Position numbers and translations under genes: made by a program | Notes under the pieces: generated by a model | Told to the model about the DNA's origin: nothing | Database searches by the model: none | The model's input: only the letters and a program-made list of their open reading frames with translations | Origin: Clostridia bacterium | GTDB taxonomy: Bacteria > Bacillota > Clostridia > Oscillospirales > CAG-272 | NCBI GenBank assembly: GCA_017463815.1 | Contig: JAFTOK010000072.1 | Span: forward strand, 1 to 48,915 | Direction of reading: 5' to 3' | DNA length: 48,915 nt | Part shown: piece by piece, positions 26,791 through 34,358 of the stretch | Layout: every line of letters starts with the position of its first letter | Position numbering within the stretch: position 1 is the first letter of the stretch

Positions 26791-27177
26791 ATGAAAAAAG
26801 AACTTGTGAGCCTGCCGGACGCCGAATTTGAAGTGATGAGCGCCTTGTGGCATTGTAACGCCGAATTTGTGCCCACCACGGAAATTTTAGCGCAGATGAA
26901 AACCGAAAAGAAAGCGCAGACGGTTCTCACAATGCTCACGCGCCTTGCGGATAAGGGCTTCCTTTCCTCCCGCAAAAACGGCAAGGAAAGGCTTTGGAAA
27001 GCCGAAGTGAGCGAGGAAGAATACCGTTCTTCCGAGGCAAAAAGAATCGTAGAAAAAGTCTACGGCGGCTCTTTCGTGGGCCTTATCAGCGCATTTTACG
27101 ATGGCAAGGGTCTTTCCGAGGCCGATGCAGAGGAGCTTATAAGCTGGCTCGACAAAGAAAAAGGAAAGAACGGGTAA
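26791..27177 (+). CDS. BlaI/MecI/CopY-family winged-helix transcriptional repressor
   Basis: LPDAEFEVMSALW...TVLTMLTRLADKGFLSSRKNGKE is a typical Penicillinase_R fold sequence. AGGAG lies 8 nt upstream of this ATG. Confidence 0.85.
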   Translation: MKKELVSLPDAEFEVMSALWHCNAEFVPTTEILAQMKTEKKAQTVLTMLTRLADKGFLSSRKNGKERLWKAEVSEEEYRSSEAKRIVEKVYGGSFVGLISAFYDGKGLSEADAEELISWLDKEKGKNG

Positions 27178-27181
27178 TGCT

Positions 27182-28729
27182 ATGGAAATGGCGATTACAC
27201 AGCTCATTTTCGCAAGTATAACCGCAGTTTTGTTCATTTTGGCAAACTGCGCCGCGAGAAAGCGCGTGTCTGCGTGTGTGCGGTATGCCGTAGGTGTGGT
27301 TTTGGTGGCGGTGTTTATGCTGCCCGTAAGATTCCCACTTATGCGCATAAACATTCAGGCAGAAACGGCAGAAACCGCTTATTTCGAGCAAACTCCCGCA
27401 GGGAGCACGCAGGCGGGCATAGAAACGCCTGCTTTGCCGAATGCGGTGCCGCCCGAAAACTCGCCCTATGTGCCTTACGCGGAAAACCTTATTGTTGCAA
27501 TCTACGTATCAGGGGTGATTATCTCGCTTTTTTGCATCTTTTTCCGCTACTGCAGAGCGGCAAAAGCCTTGCAACGGTGCGGACGCGCACCCACGGAGCA
27601 AGAAAAACGCCTTTTGCTCGAGATTTGCGCAGAACAAGGTGTTTCCCGTGCGCCGCGGATGCTCGTTTGCCCGCAAAACGCCATCGGTTCTTCCCTGATG
27701 TTTGGATTCAGGCGGCAGACCGTTCTTATATCGGATAATATGGAGGAAGGGGCGCTGCGGCTTATTTTAGGGCACGAAATAACGCACTGCAAGCGGAAAG
27801 ATTCCGTTTTCAAGGCATTTCTTGCCCTGCTCGGCTCGCTTTATTGGTTCAACCCAATAATTCACCTCTTTATACGCACGATGAACAGCCTTTGCGAAGA
27901 ATCCTGCGATGAAAAATTCCTTAGCGGCAGCAGCTACGAAAGAAAACTGCAATATTGCCGCCTGCTTATCGGCACCGCTGCCGCTAAAAGCAAAAACAAA
28001 ACAATTTTTACTACTTTTAAAGGAGGCAGTAAAACTATGAAAAGACGACTTGAAAATATACTGAATAAAAAAAGCAAAATTGTAGCAGCCGTTCTCGTGG
28101 TTTCCGTACTTCTTGTAACAATGCTCACATCCGCAATCTATTTCACGCTCCCGCCAAACAACGTAAAGGTGGCATACCTTGATGAGTGGGATAAGGTTTG
28201 GTCTTCTTTGGGCGAAAACGACACTGTAAAAAGCGACTATGATGTGGAATATCAATATTCCGTGAATTCCGATGAAATTACGGTTACGGGTATTGTAAAC
28301 GGAAAGTCGTTTGACGTTACGGGCAAGCTCGTTTCCCGCAATCACAACGGAGCAAAGCTTTTCTACGATTTTTCCCCCGATAAAAAGGGAAATTACAATG
28401 TAAAACACCTTAGCGTTCAGCTTGCACAACACACGGAAATCGAAGCACCCGCGGACCACAACCCCGAACACGGGAGCTGGAATCATTCGCTTAAAGCTTT
28501 TTTCAGCGATTTTGCAAAAAACAACCCAAAATATAAAAATATGCTTGCGCTCTACCTCAATCCTATCGGCACAGATGATATTTTGGTAATAGAAATTTTC
28601 TTGGAAGAAGATTTTCTTACAGCGTACAGCGCACAAAACGAAGTACCTTATACCGAAGAAGGAAGCAAACATCTTAATTGGTTTGTTTATTGGTATGAAG
28701 AAAACGGTGCTTTTGATTTAGATGAGTGA
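27182..28729 (+). CDS. BlaR1/MecR1-like M56 zinc-metalloprotease signal transducer with a non-PBP extracytoplasmic C-terminal domain
   Basis: HEITHCKRKD (HExxH) plus the WFNP motif of Peptidase_M56. Multiple TM segments. The C-terminal ~200 aa has no SxxK/KTG penicillin-binding motifs. Confidence 0.8.
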   Translation: MEMAITQLIFASITAVLFILANCAARKRVSACVRYAVGVVLVAVFMLPVRFPLMRINIQAETAETAYFEQTPAGSTQAGIETPALPNAVPPENSPYVPYAENLIVAIYVSGVIISLFCIFFRYCRAAKALQRCGRAPTEQEKRLLLEICAEQGVSRAPRMLVCPQNAIGSSLMFGFRRQTVLISDNMEEGALRLILGHEITHCKRKDSVFKAFLALLGSLYWFNPIIHLFIRTMNSLCEESCDEKFLSGSSYERKLQYCRLLIGTAAAKSKNKTIFTTFKGGSKTMKRRLENILNKKSKIVAAVLVVSVLLVTMLTSAIYFTLPPNNVKVAYLDEWDKVWSSLGENDTVKSDYDVEYQYSVNSDEITVTGIVNGKSFDVTGKLVSRNHNGAKLFYDFSPDKKGNYNVKHLSVQLAQHTEIEAPADHNPEHGSWNHSLKAFFSDFAKNNPKYKNMLALYLNPIGTDDILVIEIFLEEDFLTAYSAQNEVPYTEEGSKHLNWFVYWYEENGAFDLDE

Positions 28730-28766
28730 TAACCAACCCATTCATATAGAAAAACTCCAAAAAACG

Positions 28767-28800
28767 AGGCTTCCCGCTTGGGAAGCCTTGTTTTTGTTTT
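28767..28800. terminator. Bidirectional terminator between convergent genes
   Basis: AGGCTTCCC-GCTT-GGGAAGCCT followed by a T-rich run. The hairpin resembles the terminal hairpins of the repeat family. Confidence 0.6.
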
Positions 28801-29592
28801 TCATAACGCTGTGTCGAGAAGCATCATAACCGCAAACCCCACCAGCGTGAAAAGCGCCGCCACGCTTTTGTTTTCCGCCGTGCCGCTTTCGGGCAAAAGC
28901 TCCGCTACCACCACGTAGAGCATAGCCCCCGCCGCAAAAGAAAGGCAAAACGGCAAAAGCGCGCGCACGTACACCACAAGCAAAGCGCCAAACACACCCG
29001 CCAGCGGCTCCACAGCCCCGCTTAATTGCCCCCAAAAGAAAGCGCGTGCGCGGGAAACGCCCTCTCGCCTCAGCGGCACGCTTACAGCCGCACCCTCCGG
29101 GAAGTTTTGCAAACCTATGCCCAGGGCGAGCAAGCAGGCAGAGGCAAACGCCGCCCCGCCCTCGCCGTGTGCAAGCGAAGCGAAAGCCACACCTATGCAC
29201 AGCCCCTCGGGTATATTATGCAACGTCACAGAGAAAACAAGCATAGCGGCGCGGCTTCTCTGCCCCGTGTTTTCTGCGCGTTTTGCGGCACGGGAAAGCA
29301 AAGCGTCGCCCGCAAAAAGGAAAGCTCCGCCCGAAATAAAGCCGAAAAGTAGCACCGCGGGCGCAGAAAAGCCGAGCTCTGCACACATTTCCTCGGCGGG
29401 CAACAGGAGCGACCAAAAAGAAGCCGCCACCATAACTCCCGCCGCAAAACCGAGCATCGCATCCAGCACGTTTTTGTTTATTTTTTTAAAGAAGAAGACA
29501 AGCGCAGCCCCCGCCGCCGTAACGCCCCAGGTAAAAAGCGTAGCCGCCAGCGCCTGCATATATGGGGGAAGAGAAGAAAAAAATTCTATCAT
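28801..29592 (-). CDS. ZIP-family divalent metal (zinc) transporter, ZupT-like
   Basis: LHNIPEGL motif, 8 hydrophobic segments. Start set to the internal ATG (MIEFFSSLPP); the track ORF extends 55 codons upstream from a GTG. Confidence 0.8.
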   Translation of the reverse strand: MIEFFSSLPPYMQALAATLFTWGVTAAGAALVFFFKKINKNVLDAMLGFAAGVMVAASFWSLLLPAEEMCAELGFSAPAVLLFGFISGGAFLFAGDALLSRAAKRAENTGQRSRAAMLVFSVTLHNIPEGLCIGVAFASLAHGEGGAAFASACLLALGIGLQNFPEGAAVSVPLRREGVSRARAFFWGQLSGAVEPLAGVFGALLVVYVRALLPFCLSFAAGAMLYVVVAELLPESGTAENKSVAALFTLVGFAVMMLLDTAL

Positions 29593-29740
29593 AAACACGT
29601 ATCCTTTAAATCGTTTTAGGATATAATATGACAAAATGTGCGCAGACGTGAGGAAACTATTATAAAGGCTCTCACTTGGGGGAGGTGGCATTTGCGAAGT
29701 TTTACGGAGCAAATGACGGAGAGGGTTTCCGTCACACAAA

Positions 29741-29776
29741 AAGAAAAAAAAAGGCACTCTTACGAGTGCCTTTAAA
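29741..29776 (-). terminator. Intrinsic terminator after small lipoprotein gene
   Basis: Minus strand AAAGGCACTC-GTAA-GAGTGCCTTT followed by a T9 run. Confidence 0.6.
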
Positions 29777-29790
29777 AAGTTTAACTTAAA

Positions 29791-30138
29791 TTAGTCTTTT
29801 GTGTATTTTGTGCCGCCGATTTTGATGTAATCGTCGCCTTTTTCAAAGCTCTTTGTGCCGCTGAAACCAGCAAGAAGGTCTTCCCAAGAAGCAGAGCCGT
29901 CGTCTACGTTGTCGAGTGTGATTGTGATTTTGTCATCGTCGATTTCGTATTTGCCTGTTGCTTCAAGGTCGCCCATTGTGATTGTTACTTTGCTGCCGCT
30001 GAATTCGAGTTCTGTTGCGCCAAGACCGAACAAACCGTTATTAGAATATGTACCGGAAAGACCGCCGCAAGAAGCGAGAGCGAGGCAAAGTGTAGCAACA
30101 ACGAGTGCAAGAGCGAGAACTTTTGTAAGTTTTGTCAT
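29791..30138 (-). CDS. Small secreted lipoprotein of unknown function
   Basis: Signal peptide plus lipobox LALASCGG. GGAGG lies 7 nt upstream of the ATG giving MTKLTK. Confidence 0.6.
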   Translation of the reverse strand: MTKLTKVLALALVVATLCLALASCGGLSGTYSNNGLFGLGATELEFSGSKVTITMGDLEATGKYEIDDDKITITLDNVDDGSASWEDLLAGFSGTKSFEKGDDYIKIGGTKYTKD

Positions 30139-30369
30139 TGTGATTTCCTCCAAATAAATTTAGTATAGATAAATATTAGCACGGGGTAACCCCATACAAT
30201 ATCTATTATATACGTTTTACAAAAAAAGTCAAGTATTTTTGTTCATAATTTATTTATCAAAAATTCATTTATGTAAAGTAAGGATTATTTTTTTAATACT
30301 TGACGGTTTGCAATTGAAGTGGTAAAATAAGCGTATAGAATACCCATATGATTTGGAGATGAACACTTT

Positions 30370-31785
30370 ATGAAAAAAACAAAAATAATATGCACGATGG
30401 GCCCCGCCTGCGAAAGCGACGCAACGCTCGAAAAAATGATGCTCGCGGGAATGAACGTGGCACGCTTTAACTTCTCGCACGGCGAACACGCCGACCACAG
30501 GCGCAGAATGGACGCAGTTAAGCGTGTGCGCGAAAAGCTGGGCTTACCGATTGCCATACTTTTAGATACAAAAGGCCCCGAATACCGCATAGGCACGTTT
30601 GAAAACCACAAAATCGAGCTTGAAGACGGCGACAGCTTCGTTTTCACCACAGAAGATTGCGTAGGCGACGAAAAGCGCGTTTCCGTTTCGTACAAGCATC
30701 TGCCGAGCGAGCTTTCCGTGGGCGACACGATTTTGCTTAACAACGGCTTGCTGGAATTTTTGGTGGAAGAAACCACGGAAACGGAAATCCGCACGAAAGT
30801 AATCATCGGCGGCGAGCTTTCCGACAGAAAGAGTATGAGCTTCCCCGGCAAAATGCTCCGCCAGGAGTACCTTTCCGAAAGGGACAAGGAAGACATTCTT
30901 TTCGGCATAGAAAACGACGTGGACTTTATCGCCTGCTCTTTCGTTTCCATTAAAGAAGACATTCTCGCCATACGCGAGTTTGTAAACGCGCACGGCGGCG
31001 AGAAAATAGACCTCATCGCGAAAATCGAAAACCGCTCCGGCGTGGACAACATAGAAGAAATCCTCGACGTGAGCGACGGCATAATGGTGGCGCGCGGCGA
31101 TATGGGCGTGGAAATCCCCTTTGAGCAGCTGCCCGCCATTCAGAAGCATATGATTACGCTTTGCCGCTACAAGGGCAAGCGCGTCATCGCCGCCACGGAA
31201 ATGCTGGAATCTATGGTTACGAAGCCGCGCCCCACGCGTGCGGAAATTTCCGACGTAGCAAACGCCGTGTACGACGGCACGAGCGCGGTTATGCTTTCGG
31301 GCGAAACGGCGGCGGGTATGTACCCCGTAGAGGCTGTGCGCGCTATGGCGAAAATCGTGGCGCAGACGGAAAAGGATATAGACTACGTTCACCTCTTCCG
31401 CACATCGGAATTTAAAATCGCCAACGAAACAGACGCCATTTCCCACGCCACCTGCGACCTTTCCATAGACCTCGATGCAAAAGTAATCGTTGTCTGCACG
31501 CGAAGCGGCAAAACGGCGCGTATGGTTTCGCGCTTCCGCTCGCCCAAAACGATTATAGGCCTCACGACAGACGAAAAGGCGTGGCGCCAGCTTTCGCTTT
31601 CCTGGGCGGTTAAGCCTATGATGAGCGAGGAATTTCAGTCTACAGACGTGCTTTTCTACCACGCCACGAGGGTTGCGCGCGAAACGGGCCTTGCCGCAAA
31701 GGGCGATGCCATCGTTATCACGGGCGGCATCACGAACGGCCACTCGGGCAACACTTCGCTTATAAAATACGAAGTTTTGAGGTAA
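30370..31785 (+). CDS. pyk: Pyruvate kinase
   Basis: MKKTKIICTMGPA, ARFNFSHG and MVARGDMGVEIP motifs. Confidence 0.95.
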   Translation: MKKTKIICTMGPACESDATLEKMMLAGMNVARFNFSHGEHADHRRRMDAVKRVREKLGLPIAILLDTKGPEYRIGTFENHKIELEDGDSFVFTTEDCVGDEKRVSVSYKHLPSELSVGDTILLNNGLLEFLVEETTETEIRTKVIIGGELSDRKSMSFPGKMLRQEYLSERDKEDILFGIENDVDFIACSFVSIKEDILAIREFVNAHGGEKIDLIAKIENRSGVDNIEEILDVSDGIMVARGDMGVEIPFEQLPAIQKHMITLCRYKGKRVIAATEMLESMVTKPRPTRAEISDVANAVYDGTSAVMLSGETAAGMYPVEAVRAMAKIVAQTEKDIDYVHLFRTSEFKIANETDAISHATCDLSIDLDAKVIVVCTRSGKTARMVSRFRSPKTIIGLTTDEKAWRQLSLSWAVKPMMSEEFQSTDVLFYHATRVARETGLAAKGDAIVITGGITNGHSGNTSLIKYEVLR

Positions 31786-31789
31786 AAAT

Positions 31790-31822
31790 AAAAACGGATT
31801 CTTTTTCGGAATCCGTTTTTTT
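31790..31822. terminator. Bidirectional intrinsic terminator
   Basis: CGGATTC/GAATCCG stem flanked by an A-run and a T-run. Confidence 0.7.
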
Positions 31823-31825
31823 GTT

Positions 31826-32518
31826 TTATACTTTGGCTTTTGCTTCCGCTATAGCGTGGTTTATGCTTTCGCAAAGGCTATCTACCGTGGCGTTGTACTT
31901 TACGGGGATACGCGCGGCTTCCTTTCCGCCCTCGGAAATAACGAAAAACCAGATTTTCGTGTTGTTTTTCTCGTCGAAAACGCGTTCTTCGCAAACGGTG
32001 GAAACGCCGTCCATATCCTCGAAAGCAAACTGCATTTCGGTTTCATCCTTGCCGTCTTCTATAAGCGAAAAGGTTTTTTGGGAAATGTATACGCCGTCAT
32101 TCGTAAAAAGAAGCGCGGCAACGGTATATTTGCTGGAACGGTACTTTCTGTCCGTTCTGCCGCGGCGCACGATTACGCCCTCGCCATCGTACACGAAATT
32201 GCCGAGAAGAGCGGGTTTTATCCTGCGGGAAAGCGTTATGTGTACGCTTTCGAGCGTTTCCTCGTCATATTTTTGCGTGGCACGCAGCACGGCTTCGTCT
32301 ATCTCGCCTTCGCTCGCCCGCCCGGAGGACGGCGCAAAAGCCACCACGGCGCCCACGAGCGCCACACCAAAGCAAAGCGGCGTCTGCATAGGCATAAAAT
32401 CGAAGCCCAATATATTGGTTATGGCAAAGAACACCGCCGCCACACCAATTATTATAACGCCCACGTAAAAATGCCTGTCGTTGCTGTTGTAATATTTAAG
32501 GTTTCTTTTGTAATCCAT
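31826..32518 (-). CDS. Membrane protein of unknown function (2 N-terminal TM helices plus soluble domain)
   Basis: ORF with coding-like composition. Hydrophobic segments VGVIIIGVAAVFFAI and LCFGVALVGAVVAFA. No family recognised. Confidence 0.5.
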   Translation of the reverse strand: MDYKRNLKYYNSNDRHFYVGVIIIGVAAVFFAITNILGFDFMPMQTPLCFGVALVGAVVAFAPSSGRASEGEIDEAVLRATQKYDEETLESVHITLSRRIKPALLGNFVYDGEGVIVRRGRTDRKYRSSKYTVAALLFTNDGVYISQKTFSLIEDGKDETEMQFAFEDMDGVSTVCEERVFDEKNNTKIWFFVISEGGKEAARIPVKYNATVDSLCESINHAIAEAKAKV

Positions 32519-32698
32519 AGTCTTTCTCCCTTCAAAGCCTATTATTCTGATGTTATTATATCATATATCCTTACAATTTTAAAGATGTGTAAGGTATAAA
32601 ATAAAAAATTTTCATTTTGTTCACATTTGGGTTTTTGAATCCATTTGTTTTTCAGAGCATATGTATGTATAATTATTAAAAAAATTTCTTAACTGTAC

Positions 32699-32727
32699 TT
32701 GATATTCTTGCTATTGTATGATATAAT
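32699..32727 (+). promoter_or_regulatory. Sigma-A promoter (extended -10) of the SCIFF operon
   Basis: TTGATA-17 nt-TATAAT with TG at -15/-14. ~30 nt upstream of the SCIFF ATG. Confidence 0.6.
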
Positions 32728-32757
32728 GTGTGTAATAATTCCTATGGAGGTGCTATT

Positions 32758-32904
32758 ATGGAACACATCAAAACAGTTGAAACAAAAAACCTTTGCGAAA
32801 GCGCTAAAAACGGCGGCTGTGGCGAATGCCAGACATCTTGCCAGTCCGCTTGCAAAACAAGCTGCGGTATTGCTAACCAGCAGTGCGAAAGCAAAAACAA
32901 ATAA
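32758..32904 (+). CDS. SCIFF (six-cysteines-in-forty-five) ranthipeptide/RiPP precursor, 48 aa
   Basis: MEHIKTVETKNLCESAKNGGCGECQTSCQSACKTSCGIANQQCESKNK. GGAGG 7 nt upstream. Exact family core GGCGECQTSCQSACKTSC. Not in the ORF track because it is under 60 aa. Confidence 0.9.
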   Translation: MEHIKTVETKNLCESAKNGGCGECQTSCQSACKTSCGIANQQCESKNK

Positions 32905-32923
32905 TCAAATTTAAAAATGCCCA

Positions 32924-32952
32924 CCGAACAGGGGGCATTTTTAAGTATATAA
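32924..32952 (+). terminator. Weak hairpin plus T-run between precursor and maturase (probable partial terminator)
   Basis: ATGCCC-N10-GGGCAT followed by TTTTT. Confidence 0.45.
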
Positions 32953-32979
32953 ATATAAATTCGGGAAAGGAACCTTGAA

Positions 32980-34356
32980 ATGATACATCAGTATAAACTC
33001 GGCGGCTACAACGTAGTCCTCGACATATGCTCGGGTTCGGTGCACGTGGTAGACGACGTCGCCTACGACATAATTGAGCTTTTTGAAGCACACACGCGCG
33101 AGGAAGTTATAAAAACCGTCGGGGAAAAATACATAAACGGCGCAGACATCACTGCGGCGGATATAGAAGAATGTTACGCGCAGGTAGAAGCTCTGCGCGA
33201 CGCGGGCAAGCTCTTCTCGCCCGACACGTTCGAGCCTATGGCGGGCAAGCTCAAAGAAAAAACGGCAGGCGTTGTCAAAGCGCTCTGCCTGCACATAGCA
33301 CACACCTGCAACCTCAACTGCTCCTACTGCTTTGCAAGCCAGGGCAAATACCACGGCGACAGAGCCGTGATGAGCTTCGAGGTGGGTAAGCGCGCGCTTG
33401 ATTTCCTCGTAGAAAACTCGGGCACACGCCACAATCTGGAGGTTGACTTCTTCGGCGGCGAACCGCTTATGAACTTCGACGTTGTAAAGCAGCTCGTGGC
33501 ATACGCCAGAAGCATAGAAAAAGAGCATAACAAAAACTTCCGCTTCACGCTCACGACGAACGGCGTGCTTATTGACGATGACGTTATAGATTTTGCCAAC
33601 CGCGAGATGAGCAACGTCGTGCTCAGCCTCGACGGCAGAAAAGAAATCCACGACCGCTTCAGAGTGGACTACGCGGGCAAGGGCAGTTTCGACAAAATCG
33701 TGCCCAAATTCCAGAAGCTTGTGGAAGCGCGCGGCGGCAAAGACTACTATATGCGCGGCACATTCACGCACGCAAACCCCGATTTTCTCGAGGATATCAA
33801 AACGATGCTCGACCTCGGCTTTACGGAGCTGAGTATGGAACCCGTTGTCTGCGCCCCCGGCGACCCCGCGGAGCTTACAGACGAGGATATGGAAATAGTT
33901 AAAGACCAATACGAAAAGCTCGCAGAGCTTATGTTGGAGCGCCACCGCGAGGGCAGACCCTTCACCTTCTACCACTATATGATAGACCTTACGGGCGGCC
34001 CGTGCATATACAAGCGCATTTCGGGATGCGGCTCGGGCACGGAATATATGGCTGTTACCCCTTGGGGCGACCTTTACCCCTGCCACCAGTTCGTAGGCGA
34101 CGAAAAATTCAAGCTCGGCAACATTTACGAAGGCGTTACGAACACGGAAAAACAGGGCGAATTTGCCGCTTGTAACGTATACGCGCGCCCCGAATGCCGC
34201 GATTGCTGGGCAAGGCTCTATTGCTCGGGCGGCTGCGCGGCGAACGCATACCATTCCACGGGCGCTGTTACGGGCGTTTACAAAAAGGGTTGCGAACTCT
34301 TCAAAAAACGTATGGAATGCGCTATAATGCTCGCTATTGCGAAGCAATTTGAATAA
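32980..34356 (+). CDS. Radical SAM/SPASM-domain SCIFF peptide maturase (thioether-forming, CteB/Tte1186 type)
   Basis: CNLNCSYC radical-SAM cluster motif. C-terminal Cys-rich SPASM region (GPCIYKRISGCGSG, CRDCWARLYCSGGC). Adjacent to the SCIFF precursor. Confidence 0.9.
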   Translation: MIHQYKLGGYNVVLDICSGSVHVVDDVAYDIIELFEAHTREEVIKTVGEKYINGADITAADIEECYAQVEALRDAGKLFSPDTFEPMAGKLKEKTAGVVKALCLHIAHTCNLNCSYCFASQGKYHGDRAVMSFEVGKRALDFLVENSGTRHNLEVDFFGGEPLMNFDVVKQLVAYARSIEKEHNKNFRFTLTTNGVLIDDDVIDFANREMSNVVLSLDGRKEIHDRFRVDYAGKGSFDKIVPKFQKLVEARGGKDYYMRGTFTHANPDFLEDIKTMLDLGFTELSMEPVVCAPGDPAELTDEDMEIVKDQYEKLAELMLERHREGRPFTFYHYMIDLTGGPCIYKRISGCGSGTEYMAVTPWGDLYPCHQFVGDEKFKLGNIYEGVTNTEKQGEFAACNVYARPECRDCWARLYCSGGCAANAYHSTGAVTGVYKKGCELFKKRMECAIMLAIAKQFE

Positions 34357-34358
34357 GA

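Noticed and set aside
29599-29622. A Zur box upstream of the ZIP (zinc transporter) gene: palindrome TATCCT-N12-AGGATA containing TAAATCGT.
   Set aside because: Only one half-site resembles the Firmicute Zur consensus (TAAATCGTAAT-N-ATTACGATTTA). The palindrome arms overlap the SD region, so it may just be an RBS-occluding hairpin. Evidence is insufficient to call a Zur operator.
28801-29757. A 55-codon N-terminal extension of the ZIP transporter ORF, and an apparent frameshift when I hand-translated around 29575-29700.
   Set aside because: The extension starts at a GTG, runs through a terminator hairpin and has no transporter-like sequence. The ATG giving MIEFF fits ZIP-family N-termini. 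My hand count of the A and T homopolymer runs disagreed by one base with the continuous translation in the ORF track, and also near 48840. I attribute this to miscounting and trusted the track.
32699-32914. The 71-aa track ORF MIFLLLYDIMCVIIPMEVLLWNTSKQ..., which overlaps the SCIFF locus.
   Set aside because: It starts at a TTG inside the -35 element and has no RBS. It is simply the +2 frame of the SCIFF gene. The 48-aa frame has a GGAGG RBS and an exact family core motif.
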